Of a stretch of 45,283 bases of DNA, positions 12,001 to 23,669 are shown one piece after another. The position numbers and the translations under genes are program-made. The notes beneath the pieces are model-generated. The model saw only the letters and a program-made list of their open reading frames with translations, had not been told where the DNA came from and did not search any database. Position 1 is the stretch's first letter; every line of letters starts with the position of its first letter. This DNA is from Thraustochytrium aureum (lineage: Eukaryota): positions 38,715 through 83,997 of the forward strand of contig BLSG01000097.1 of the NCBI GenBank assembly GCA_012862495.1. Reading direction: 5' to 3'.

Positions 12001-15000
12001 GGAGCTGCCCAGCACGCTGAGCAGCTCGTCGTCGGAGATGAAGAAGAAGCGCGGGAAGGCGTTGCGCTTGGTGTCCAAGTAGTCGCTCAGCGACTTTTGG
12101 CAAAGGTCGAGGCGCTCGCTAAGCGCTTTGAGGGTTTCGATGCGGTTCTCGGCGTGGCAGGCCTCGATCACGTTGGGGCCCTTGGCGGTGCTTGCCATGA
12201 CGGCCTTCCACCCCTTGTCAACCTGGTCAAACTTTTTGGCCTCCTCGGGGAGCTGCATGCGGATGTCCTCGGCGCCGATAAAAATCGACTCGAGGTACAT
12301 CCACTTGCTCTGCACCTTGAACCAGACGTCGATGGTCTCGAGCACGTGGTTGAGCTGTCTTTCCCACTTGCGGACTACTTCGGCAAAGCTCAGCACGAAG
12401 CGGGAGCCGGCCATTGCTTGGAGGTTGAGCATGTTGTCCTCGAGTTCCAGCTTGATTTCGTCGCATGCGCGCAGAACGAAGCCCTTGTCCACGCCGCCCT
12501 TGCTGTACTTGGCGACCGTAAAGTTGGTGTCCTTCCACGTGTCCTCGATATCGCGCAGGGCGCGCTCGATCTTGGCCTCTTGGGCCCCTTCGTTTACGAT
12601 CTCTGCGATGTCGGCCTCGAACCGGGCCAGCTTCATCTCGAACAGGGCCCCCAACGTAAAGGTCTTGGGGTCCATTTCGAATACGACACCAGTCACCTTG
12701 GAGAGCTTGTCCCAGTGCCGCTTCTTCATGGCGTCGTTCTTGAGGCTCTGAATCAGCGGGATGCTGTCGCGGAAGCGGATGATGGCTTGCTCGACGGCGT
12801 CAAAGGTGGACATTGCGCGAAGCTCCTTGGGAAACTTGCGGAGCTTCTTCTCGAGGTCCTCGGCGCCCTTGACCAGGGCGTGCGCGTCCAGCTCGCTCCA
12901 GAGCATGTTGGACATGCTCGACTCGAACTCTTTAAGCTCCGAGTAGAGGCCGTAGATCTGCTGCAGCTTCTGCAGCTCGCTCTTGACCTGGTTGAGCTCG
13001 GGGTACGAGGTGATGTCCAGGGCGAACAGGCGCTGGGCGTTGACGATTTCCTCGCGCTGGCGAAACATGGAGCCGAGGCGCTCGACGTACTCTTGGACGA
13101 GCTCCACGCCGCGGTCAAGCTGGTCGCCCTCGCCGCTCGCCATCGTGCCCGGGCCGGAGCGCAGAAACTCTGCCCGCAGCTGCGAAACGGTGGCGACAAA
13201 GTCCTCGGCGGTCTTTTGCGTGACCTTGCGGAACTCGTCCTTGACCTTTTTCATGCGCAGGTCCTTGGTCTTGGCGTCGAGTACGAGCTGAGCCCAGGTC
13301 GCGTCCAGCAAGGCCGCCTCGTTGAAATAGCGCTGTTCTTCGTCCTCTGGCGAGCCCGAATCGCCAGCCGCAGGATCGCCGCCAGCGACGACGGTGGACT
13401 GAAAGTCGACGAGCCCCGAAGCGGGACCGACGGCGCGAAGCTTGCGAGCGTCAAGACCAAACTTGGACAGCGTGCGAAAGCTCTCCATGATGTCGGCGAT
13501 CTCGAGCTCCTTGATCATCGTCATCTCCGAGATCGAGGTCACCACGTTGAGGACCTGCTTTAGCTGGTCGAGGTCGGCAGGGTCCGAGTCGAGCGACTTG
13601 CGAAAAGTTGCCATCTCGTCGCGCAAGGCGTCTAGTTTGCCCTTGGCAATGTCGAACAAGATCCAGCCGTACTCGCCAGCCCACTCGGAGGCCTTGGCAG
13701 AGAGGCCGGCCTGCACTGCGTAGCAGTCGATGCGCAGGAAGTCGATGTCTTTGCGCGAGGCCTGCGTGCGCACCGCGTTGGCGAGCTTGTCGTAGACGGA
13801 GATGCGGTTGTCAAAATATACGCAGGAGGGCGACTTGTCGCGCAGCCGGCCGAGCTGCTCCTTGCGCTTTGCGTCCCAGAGGCCGTAAACCTCGTCGTAG
13901 CGCTGCCAGGTATCGAGGTAGCGGCGCACGACGGCGAAGGTGCGCTGAAAGCTGTGGTTGAGCCCCAGCATGAGCTTGATCACGTGCGGGTTCTTGCTGA
14001 TGTCCTGGAAGAAGCTAAAGATGATGGGGTCTTCGTCCTCGTTGACCTGCACGGGCTCGCATTCCTTGCACGTGCCGCGCATCCAGCGGTGAAAGCTCTT
14101 GGAGCTCTCGACGATGTTGCGCACCATCTTGCTGACGTACTTGTAAATGTCCGTCAGCGCCGGGCTCACGCTGACGTCGCTCCCGTTGAGCGAGGCTTGG
14201 ACCCGGCAGAGCGCGGGCCTCACACGCGCAGCAAGTGCTTCTGCGGAGCCCTCGGGCGCGGCGGCAGCTGCAGACGCCGCCGAGGCGGCCGTGGCGGAGT
14301 CGCCTTTGTCCAAGTTGAGAAGGACCTCAAAGCTGGCGATGCCGCGGATGACCATCTTGGTGATCGCGTTGTACATGCGCTTTTCCCAGTACTTGTAAAA
14401 CTCGGCGAGCGCGGGGCTGGCGCCCGTGTTGGAGGAGGCGACAATCTCCTCCACCTTGACAAGCAGGGGCCCAATGGAGCGGTACTTGCGCACGAGGAGG
14501 GCGACCTTCTCCTGGCGCGACTTCTCTAGAGACTCGTAAAGGACCGAGATGTCCATCGTCCCCGCGTCTGCCGCCTCATGCGAGGACTCTAGCGCCTCGG
14601 CGCCAGGGGCGGGGCCAGACGCAGTGCGAGCGGCGGCGGATGCGCTCTTGGCGAGGCGCTCGCCGAAGGCGGTCCACTCGATGAGGTGCATGTCCTCTAT
14701 GCTGACGATGACCTCTTCAATCATAGACGACGACTTGTGGATCTGGCTGACGACGCTCTGAAACTCGCTGATGGCTTTGGTGCAGCGATCGATGAGCGTA
14801 GGGATGTGGAGCGAGCACCAGTTGCAGGGGTCAAAGCCGGTCATGAGCTCGGCTTGCAGCTCCTCGAGGCGCTTGCCGACAAGCCGAAGCTCGACGGGGC
14901 CTAGGCCGGCGATGATCCCATCGTAGCTGTGGAGCATCTCTTTCAACTGCTGGACGTATCCATGGTACTTTTCCTCCTGCAGCGCCACATTGAGAGCGGC

Positions 15001-17160
15001 TTCAGGGACCTTGTAGCCCATCCTATCGAGGTACTTTGTCTCGCGAATGAGGCGGACGAGCTCGTCGCTGAAGTTGACATAGTATGGGGGCTCCGGGAGC
15101 CGGAAACCCACGTGCTGGTCGCGGCCGTCCTGGTCGCCACCGACAGCGGCCCCTGCCACAACGGCGGCCACCGCAGCGGCGTTTGCAGTGGCGGCGTTTG
15201 CCTCGTCCCCAGCTGGCCCGACTGGCACGAGCGGCGGGCCAAGCACGGGCTGCTGAAGCAGGAGCGAGGTGGTGTGCGCCCGCTCTTGCCACTGCACGTA
15301 GAGCGCCTTGCAGTACTCTTTGACCTCCTTGGCAAAGGCGACGTACTCGCTCATCACGGTCTGCCAGGTCTCTGAGCCGTCAAACCAAGACTCCATCTTG
15401 CGGAACCGCATGATGGGACGCTTGGCGCGGTAGTAGAGGTGGTTGGCCCAGGAGATGGCGCCAGCGACGGGGGGGAAGTTTTTGAACACGGGAGGCGAGT
15501 CCTTGCGCGCCTCAAAGGTCTCGCGCACACGCTCAAGCTCCTTGCTGTACTGAAGCAGGATATCGTCGAACTTTTGCATCATCTGGCGGTTGATGGACTC
15601 GCGCGACTGGATGTTTTGAAAGTTTTGCAGGAGGTCGAAGGCGCCCTCGGCGCTCCGCAGCTTTTGAAACGACGTGTCGATAAAGCTCTTGGTCATCTCC
15701 TCGATCTCGTCCACCTTGCCGCGGAACTGCGACATGACCGCGTCCCAGCTGGTCTTGTAGCGACGGTCAAAGATGTCGAAGGGGACAGTCTCGAGCGGGG
15801 CAATGAGCGCCTCGACGCGGCGAATGACCTCATCGATGCCTTCCGAGTCGCCCGTGACGGCCTTGAGCTCGGGGCCGAGAAACTTTTGGAACTGGTCGAG
15901 GACCATGGCGACCTCGTGGAGGTTTTCGCAGATCTTGGCCATGTAGTTGGTTTGCTCAAAGAGGCGCTTGCGGTCAAACTCCCAGCGGTGGTCGTTGCCG
16001 CTGACCTCGATCTTCTCGCGCACGGCCATGTAGGTCTTGTACCAGCTCTCGAGCACGGTCTTGGCCTCGTCGATGGTCTTGAGCGCGACTTCTGGGTCTT
16101 TGCGCAGGATGCCGCGGATGTTGATCTCCGTGGCGACCTTTTCGGCGATCTCGGCACCAATTCGCTCCATGAGCGGCACCATGCGCTCGTCCGTGTTGTA
16201 GTGGCGCGAGATGATCCAGACCATGCGGATCGCGTTCATCATGGACGGGATCGTGTCGAGAATCGAGCCCAGCGTCCCCGTGGAGATGCTCTTGAAGTGC
16301 CGCTCGAGCGTGCTGAGGAACTTGACGTTGTCCTTGGCCTCCACGTAGAGCTTGGTGAGCTCGGCAAAGTGATAGCGGAAGGTGGGCAGCATGCTTGCCT
16401 CCACGAGTTCGAGCGCTCGCAGCATGTGCTGCACCACAGTGAGGTTGATCTGCTCGTACAGCGCACTTAAAGCAGCGTTGCGCTTGCGCCNNNNNNNNNN
16501 NNNNNNNNNNNNNNNNNNNNNNNNNNNNNNNNNNNNNNNNNNNNNNNNNNNNNNNNNNNNNNNNNNNNNNNNNNNNNNNNNNNNNNNNNNNNNNNNNNNN
16601 NNNNNNNNNNNNNNNNNNNNNNNNNCTTAAAGCAGCGTTGCGCTTGCGCCAAAACTCGATCTCGGCCATGGGGCCCGAGCGCTGCGGCACCTTTTTGGTC
16701 TCCTGCTCGACCACTTGCGCAACGGCCTTGCTCCACTCTTCGAGCGCCTCCTCGAGCTGGCTCACCGTTTCAAAGTCGTCAGCGACGCGGCTGAGGTCGT
16801 CGATGCGCACATCTGGGATGTAGAGCTGCACGTCCCCGTTCACTTGCTGGAGCGCATGCTCGATTTGCGACTCGAACTTTTGAATGTTGCTCTTGAGCTC
16901 CTTTGCTGAGGGAGGTGGCCGCGGAGTCTCCATGCTGTGCGGGGCGAGATTCTTGGCGCGCAGATTCTGGGCTCTCTTGGTCGCCGCCTTCGCCTGCGGC
17001 GGTCTCGTCCTCGTCGCGCAGTTTGCGCTCCGCCTCGAGCTCGTCGTCCGAGTCGCCGGCGGGCCGAGCGCTATCCGTCTGGCCGTCCAGGGCCGGGTTG
17101 GCCTCGTCGTGCCCCCGAGTTTGTCCGCTGCCTTTTGGGGAATTTTTCGAGTGGCTGTTG

Positions 17161-17191
<31 letters not shown>

Positions 17192-17678
17192 TGTCGTTCG
17201 AGGTTGGTACTTCGAGAAGTGGGACGTAGACTTCGCGGAGAATGTCGCCCAGGTCGCCCAGTGGGTCCCCCGTGAGAACACCGAACTCTAGCTGCGAGGC
17301 GTCTTCACAATCTGTGACGGCGCCGTGCACAGTCTTGCAGAAATAGATCTGGCGCTTACCCGCGAGGCCGTGGCCAGGCACAACGCCGGGGAGCAAGGTC
17401 GTGTACTTGAGTGACAGCTCGGCCAGCGCCGGGGCCTTGCCCTGTGCGGCGCCAGCGTCAGAGGCCGGCTCGTCCTCCTCTGGCTCCCCCTCCAGGAGGA
17501 ACACAAAGCAGCTTTCAAAAGGCAGCTCCTCGAGGAAGGCCACCAGCGCAGCCCTGGCCTCTTCGTCCTCCGCCCACTCCTCAAACACCATCTCGGGCAC
17601 ATCAAACGCGGTGCACACCGCTTTGCGCACCCAGACGAGCCCATTCTTCGTCGCGTCCGCGCCCTTGCTCTCCTCCAT
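3090..17678 (-). CDS. DNAH10: Axonemal dynein heavy chain, inner-arm I1/f alpha (DNAH10/DHC1-type), ~4800 aa after correcting 4 indels and one false gap
   Basis: Joined ORFs 17678-16905, ~16903-16626, 16490-8942, ~8940-5580, ~5578-4331, ~4330-3090. P-loops [56 protein letters not shown]-terminal [19 protein letters not shown]-terminus [16 protein letters not shown] resembles DNAH10/DHC1. Corrected length is 14427 nt, i.e. 4809 codons. Confidence 0.92.
16466..16650. other. Artefactual scaffold gap with a 25-bp contig overlap
   Basis: cttaaagcagcgttgcgcttgcgcc is present at both 16466-16490 and 16626-16650, flanking the N run. Merging the copies restores continuous dynein sequence [18 protein letters not shown]. 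Confidence 0.9.
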
Positions 17679-17687
17679 CGCGCCACC

Positions 17688-17710
17688 GGCAGGCAGGCAG
17701 GCAGGCAGGC
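17688..17710. repeat. (GGCA)n microsatellite just upstream of the dynein ATG
   Basis: ggcaggcaggcaggcaggcaggc read directly. Confidence 0.85.
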
Positions 17711-18311
17711 TGGCGACCGACCGGTCCGAGCCGTTCGAGGTGAAGAAGAGAAAAGCAACAGCAAAACTTTACCGGCCAGATCAGTCAGATCCCTGGGCCC
17801 GGCGGCCGCCTGTGCCCTGCCTGCCTCCCTCGCTATCGCTCGCGATTGCAGCCAGCCCGCAGCCGAGCGCCCCGCAGACCGCCGCGCCAAAGGGCCCTGC
17901 TCGCGCCTGCTATCGCGCGCTGCCTGCAGCTATTGCCGCTCTGCCGCGTCCTGCCCCAACAAGCACACGCATGTCCTGCACAACAAAATTGAACGTTAGA
18001 ATTTCGCTACCATGCGCCACCGCCTGTACTGAACGTCAATACACAGTTGCGGAACAAGGTGGTAACCACTATTGAGTTTAGGTATAGGGATGGGCCGTTG
18101 ACGAGCCGAGTACTGGAGGTCAAGAGTTAAAGCGTGCGTGCCGCGGGAGTTTTCGGGAGCCGTGTTTCGTGGTGCGAGCGAGAGCCGCGCGAGGGGCGAG
18201 GGCCGAGGAGGCGGAGAGCAGAGCGGGTTTGGAAAGCCACGGAGGGGCAGCCGGCGAGCGGGGAAGCGCGTGCGATGATCGGCCAGGCGGTGCGAGCGGG
18301 CTCGATGCGCC

Positions 18312-18991
18312 ATGCTGTGCGGCGCCAAAACGGCCGAGGTGGTTGGGGCGCTGAGGAACGAAGGCCGCCTTTGTCGGGGCCTGGCAACGAGCAAGGGCAA
18401 GGGCAAAGGCAAGGCGGGCCAAGCACGCGGAAAGGGCAGCGATTCGTTTGGGTTTTCTGTGGCGGGGTTGAAGCAAAAGATCGAGGGGAAGGCCGCGGCG
18501 AAGAGGGAGTTGAAACTCGAGAGCGAGGCGGCCGCTGCGAGCGCCGCCGCCGCCGCCGCAGCAGCCAAGACCGAGCTTGCCGCGACGGACAAGTACGACG
18601 CAAGCGCGAGTCAAGCACACCCCCGCGAAGAGTCGCTGACGAGCGAAACCGACGAGGAGGTGGAGGAGCGGCTGAGGAAAGTGCTGATGGAGATTCGGGG
18701 TCAGGTCGCCAAGCGGTCGTTCAGGAACGGTGCGCCTGGCATTATCATGCAGTTTACCTGCGTTCATGCAGGTCATTGCGATCAGTCAACTCGGGAGGAC
18801 CGCACGTCGCTGAAAACAATCAGCTCGAAAGCGTACAATGAGGGCGTCGTTCTCGTCAAGTGCCGGTGCGACAAACTGCACCTCATTGCCGACAACCTCG
18901 GCTGGTTCGAGGGCCCGGAGAAGAACATCGAGGAGATTTTGGCGAGCAAAGGGGAAGAGGTTGTCCGAATGCGCGCCGAGGAGCTCATGGA
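18312..18991 (+). CDS. DNLZ: DNL-type zinc finger protein (Hep1/Zim17/Tim15-like mitochondrial Hsp70 escort); 3' end in gap
   Basis: MQFTC...[50 protein letters not shown] matches the zf-DNL signature. Basic N-terminus with RGLATS resembles a presequence. True start may be ATG 18275 if one C at 18310-18311 is spurious. Confidence 0.88.
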
Positions 18992-20237
18992 NNNNNNNNN
19001 NNNNNNNNNNNNNNNNNNNNNNNNNNNNNNNNNNNNNNNNNNNNNNNNNNNNNNNNNNNNNNNNNNNNNNNNNNNNNNNNNNNNNNNNNNNNNNNNNNNN
19101 NNNNNNNNNNNNNNNNNNNNNNNNNNNNNNNNNNNNNNNNNNNNNNNNNNNNNNNNNNNNNNNNNNNNNNNNNNNNNNNNNNNNNNNNNNNNNNNNNNNN
19201 NNNNNNNNNNNNNNNNNNNNNNNNNNNNNNNNNNNNNNNNNNNNNNNNNNNNNNNNNNNNNNNNNNNNNNNNNNNNNNNNNNNNNNNNNNNNNNNNNNNN
19301 NNNNNNNNNNNNNNNNNNNNNNNNNNNNNNNNNNNNNNNNNNNNNNNNNNNNNNNNNNNNNNNNNNNNNNNNNNNNNNNNNNNNNNNNNNNNNNNNNNNN
19401 NNCGACGCCCGTGCTCTGCGTATGTAATGGAGATACAATGAAGATGAAGGTACTGCCACTGTCTTGACCGGAATCATCGTCCAGCAGAACCTGTGCTCAC
19501 CAGTCGAGTTCCCACGTGACACTCCATGAGGTTTGAGTCTTACTCGGCCATCATGATAGAGTACTCTACTCATCTACATACAGAAAAAGACGGGGAGGCG
19601 CGACCTCGGAAAGAAAAGTGAATGAAACCAACCTAGGCCTATGTCCAATGTCGGCAGCACCAACGGGGACGTCATGGTCTCGCTGCGCCACTGATCAGCC
19701 TCCCCAGCCTGGTGGCAGAGGCAACAGCCGCACAGGTCCTTGACCTCCAACACCTCCGACATCCCCCACTACTGGCAGACTCTTTTCCTCACCAATCTAC
19801 TTGGGCCTATGTGAACCATTGTGAGGGCCAAGCTGGCTTCACGGTGACTCCACTGCCGTGACTGGGAGTGGTGAAACAGATGATCATGAAAAGACAAGGA
19901 GGGAGGCCTCTCGCACGCGGTCAGCAAAAACTATCGACAACCACCAGCGACGCCCGCGAGCCGCCTGCTCGACGAGCTGCCGAGCGCTTCCCAGCGTGTC
20001 GCACGGGCTGGGGCGAGCAGAAGGCGGGCAACTTGAACCCACTGGCAAGTCTACCTGACGAAGCGTGCCTTGCTCCCTGACGAAACGCGTCTTGCTCGCG
20101 TGGTAGATCGAGCCAGTGTTGGCAGTCCAGGCCGAGGTGCAGCGCGGGCGGCGGGGACGACGGCGGGCACGACGGCGGGCACGGCAGCGCTGTAGAGAAG
20201 CACAGGGCTCTGCCGCAGACGCAGGTTTCTAGGCGCC

Positions 20238-21293
20238 ATGTCGGAGCCGGCAGCAACAGTTGTGCTTCCTGTGGTGAACATCGTGGTCCAGCTCAAGTAC
20301 CTGAGCCTGATCCTGCTGGTGGTGCAGAATGTTGCACTTGTACTGAGCGTCAAGGCGTCGCGCATTCACTCCAGCAGTCAGACCATGTACCTGTCTTCCA
20401 CAGCGGTGGTCATGGCGGAGGTGGTCAAGTTCTGGGTCGCTCTCGTCCTCGAGTACGTTCAAAACACCGGGCCTGGCGAGTCGTTCTGGGCAAAGATGCA
20501 GGACGAGTTTTTCAACATGGACACGCTCAAGCTGTCGGTACCCGGCATCCTTTACTGCGTGCAAAACAACCTCCTGTTCGTCGCGCTGAGCAACCTGTCG
20601 GTGGCCGTATACCAGGTGTCTGCGCAAATGAAGATCCTCACGACGGCCGTGTTTAGCGTGATCATGCTCAGCAAAAGGATCTCAGTGGTGCAGACTGTTG
20701 CGCTCTTTGTTCTGACGGCAGGAGTCGGCCTGGTGCAGGTCGCGACGGCCAACCCGGACCAGAAGAGCTCGGAGGACGGAAACCAGATCATCGGCATGAG
20801 CGCCATCTTGCTTGCCTGTTGCACCTCTGGGTTTGCTGGGGTTTTCTTTGAAAAGATTCTCAAGACGGGCCGCAAGGTCTCGTTGTACATCCGCAACGTG
20901 CAGCTCGGGTTTTTCGGCTTTACGATCGGACTCGCAGCGGTCTATCTCAACGACTTCACTGCCGTGATGGAAGGCGGTTTCTTCCAGGGCTACGACTCGA
21001 TGGTGTGGACCGCCATCATGGTGCAGGCGTGCGGCGGGCTCCTCGTTGCCGTTGTCATGAAGTATGCCGATAACATCCTCAAGGGGTTTGCCACGTCGCT
21101 TTCCATCGTGCTGGCCACCGTGCTTTCGACGCTCGTTTTTGGGGCTGCCGTGAATGCTTTGTTTGTCTTTGGCGCCTCGCTTGTGCTCATTGCCGTGTAT
21201 TTGTACGGCAAGTACCCGCCCAAGGCCAAGCTTTCTGGGGAGTATGTGCCTGTTTCGACACAAGGGGACGCCGAAGCCCCGAGCAAGAAGTAG
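20238..21293 (+). CDS. Nucleotide-sugar transporter, SLC35A family (UDP-Gal/UDP-GlcNAc/CMP-Sia type)
   Basis: Intact 351-aa multi-TM ORF with YLSSTAVVMAEVVK, YCVQNNL, YQVSAQMKILTTAVFS, SGFAGVFFEKILK, GGLLVAVVMKYADNILKGFATS. Confidence 0.95.
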   Translation: MSEPAATVVLPVVNIVVQLKYLSLILLVVQNVALVLSVKASRIHSSSQTMYLSSTAVVMAEVVKFWVALVLEYVQNTGPGESFWAKMQDEFFNMDTLKLSVPGILYCVQNNLLFVALSNLSVAVYQVSAQMKILTTAVFSVIMLSKRISVVQTVALFVLTAGVGLVQVATANPDQKSSEDGNQIIGMSAILLACCTSGFAGVFFEKILKTGRKVSLYIRNVQLGFFGFTIGLAAVYLNDFTAVMEGGFFQGYDSMVWTAIMVQACGGLLVAVVMKYADNILKGFATSLSIVLATVLSTLVFGAAVNALFVFGASLVLIAVYLYGKYPPKAKLSGEYVPVSTQGDAEAPSKK

Positions 21294-21850
21294 GCCTAGG
21301 CTAGAACAACCAAAATCAATCAGCTCTGGGCGCTGCCCTACTCACCTACCTGGGTACTAAAGTAGCAGGCAGTCTGTACTCGAGTGGAGTACTTGCCCAA
21401 CTACTACTCGACATAGGTAACTAGGCATGCCAATTGACCCACTCTTTCCTACAGTAGAACGCCCAGGGCGCGCAGGTTCCCAACAGCGCGATCATTTCGC
21501 CGCCCGATCGTTGCTCGCCCACTCTGCACTGAGCGCTCGCATCACTCGACTCAGCTGGATCTGCATTCCAACAGAGATCCTTTTGTGCTGCGGCGCAGGA
21601 TGGGACATTGTTCACCTCCACGGCACGTCACATGTGCACCCAACTCGACGCGCCTGGACGCAGGAGCCAAAACGCGAGTCAGGGATCCGAAACTCGGGCA
21701 GATCTTCGAATTCCTTTTGACGCGCAGCCCCGAATCGACACAGTGAACGTCGGATCCACAAAGCCGCGCGAACCAGAGGCGCAGAGCCCCGACCGGGGGC
21801 CACAGAATAGGCTCAAAGCTGTGGGCCGCCAGGCTGAAGCAAGTAGGGCC

Positions 21851-22452
21851 ATGGAAGCGACGCCGGTTAACGTTGGAGTTGCCGTTGTTGTTGCTGCTCT
21901 GGTTGCGCTTTTGCTGGTGCTCCTTTCGCGCCAGCAGCGCAGACAATGGAGCGGGCAGCGCTCAGTCCTGGTCACTGGCGCGGGAAATGGGATTGGCATG
22001 CGCACCGCGCAGGCGCTGCTCGAAGCTGGCGACAAAGTCCTGGCTGCGGACGTGAGCGAGGCCAGCCTGAAGGCGCTCGTGGAACACGCGACGGGCGCGG
22101 GCTATGGCGACCGCCTCGTCACGCTCGCCTTTGACGTGCGCGACCTGGCCGCGGCGCGCAAAGCGGCAGAAAGGGCAAAACAGGCCCTTGGCGGAGACAA
22201 GCTGGACGCGATTGCAAACTTTGCCGGCGTGCTGCGCGGCGGCCCGCTTGTTGAGCTGGAGGCCTCAGATTTCAACCTGGTGATGGACGTCAACGTCAAG
22301 GGCCCTTTCAACGTAAACAACGCGTTTTTCCAGCTCTTGCAGGGGGAGCGCGGCTCGGGGCCGCCGCCGTGCATCGTCAACGTGGCCAGCGAGGTGAGCT
22401 TTTGCGGGATGAGCAGTGCGTTCAACGCACCTTATGCGATGAGCAAGTTTGC
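21851..22452 (+). CDS. Short-chain dehydrogenase/reductase with N-terminal membrane anchor; 3' part lost in gap
   Basis: Hydrophobic N-terminus, VLVTGAGNGIG (TGxxxGxG), NFAG, IVNVAS, catalytic YAMSK (YxxxK) right before the N run. Confidence 0.9.
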
Positions 22453-23569
22453 NNNNNNNNNNNNNNNNNNNNNNNNNNNNNNNNNNNNNNNNNNNNNNNN
22501 NNNNNNNNNNNNNNNNNNNNNNNNNNNNNNNNNNNNNNNNNNNNNNNNNNNNNNNNNNNNNNNNNNNNNNNNNNNNNNNNNNNNNNNNNNNNNNNNNNNN
22601 NNNNNNNNNNNNNNNNNNNNNNNNNNNNNNNNNNNNNNNNNNNNNNNNNNNNNNNNNNNNNNNNNNNNNNNNNNNNNNNNNNNNNNNNNNNNNNNNNNNN
22701 NNNNNNNNNNNNNNNNNNNNNNNNNNNNNNNNNNNNNNNNNNNNNNNNNNNNNNNNNNNNNNNNNNNNNNNNNNNNNNNNNNNNNNNNNNNNNNNNNNNN
22801 NNNNNNNNNNNNNNNNNNNNNNNNNNNNNNNNNNNNNNNNNNNNNNNNNNNNNNNNNNNNNNNNNNNNNNNNNNNNNNNNNNNNNNNNNNNNNNNNNNNN
22901 NNNNNNNNNNNNNNNNNNNNNNNNNNNNNNNNNNNNNNNNNNNNNNNNNNNNNNNNNNNNNNNNNNNNNNNNNNNNNNNNNNNNNNNNNNNNNNNNNNNN
23001 NNNNNNNNNNNNNNNNNNNNNNNNNNNNNNNNNNNNNNNNGTGTCGCCTGGCGCGTGAGAGGGCGCTGGACAACGCTCCCCGCACTTGTCTCTCAAGACC
23101 CGAGCAATCCGCAGGTCAAGAGCCTCGTTTCCAGCACATCGTTTTGCGCGTAAGCTCCTCTCTGCGCGAGTGCATGCACGAGGGCCTGCCTCCCCTGTCG
23201 TGAGGACGGGCCACAATCCCAAAAAACGAATTGCCTCACAGTCCACCACGACAAAAAAACGACAAAAAAAAACGTTTTTGCCGAGTCCAGCTCGTCGCCT
23301 CACAACGGAGAGAGAGGGAGGGCGGAGAGCGAGAGAGGGAGAGAGGGAGGTTTTGAAAAAGTGAGCGCGTTCGCGCTGAGAGGGCGAGGGAGAAGGGTGC
23401 ACAAGTGGGCGCACAAGCAGGCAAAAGGTGCGAGCGCACGAGGAGCAGCAGACACGCAACGCGGCCGTGCACAAGCGCGCGCAAGAGGCGGCCGACTTGG
23501 CGGAGCAGCAGCAGCAGCAGCAGACGCAGCGGCGGCAGCAGCAGCAGGCGGCCCGCCGCAGCTGCTGAT

Positions 23570-23646
23570 AGGCAGGCAGGCAGGCCCGCGCGGACGGACG
23601 GCGTGCGTGCGTGCGTGCGTGACTGATTGACTGACTGACTGACTGA
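23570..23646. repeat. Compound tetranucleotide microsatellite (GGCA)(GGAC)(GCGT)(GACT) upstream of myosin
   Basis: Read directly; preceded by (GCA)n runs at ~23505-23547. Confidence 0.85.
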
Positions 23647-23669
23647 CCGCCCAAGGTGGGCTCGGCGAG

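Noticed and set aside
16466..16650. 25-bp direct repeat flanking a gap, as a possible insertion with target-site duplication
   Set aside because: Collapsing it restores conserved dynein sequence in frame; it is an unmerged contig overlap.
3090..17678. Dynein pseudogene, or Euplotes-like pervasive programmed frameshifting
   Set aside because: Indels are of both signs, lack a shared AAA-stop motif, mostly lie in homopolymers and affect many unrelated genes; catalytic motifs are intact.
23041..23203. C-terminus of the SDR after the gap
   Set aside because: No SDR-like sequence, and a normal-length SDR would end inside the gap.
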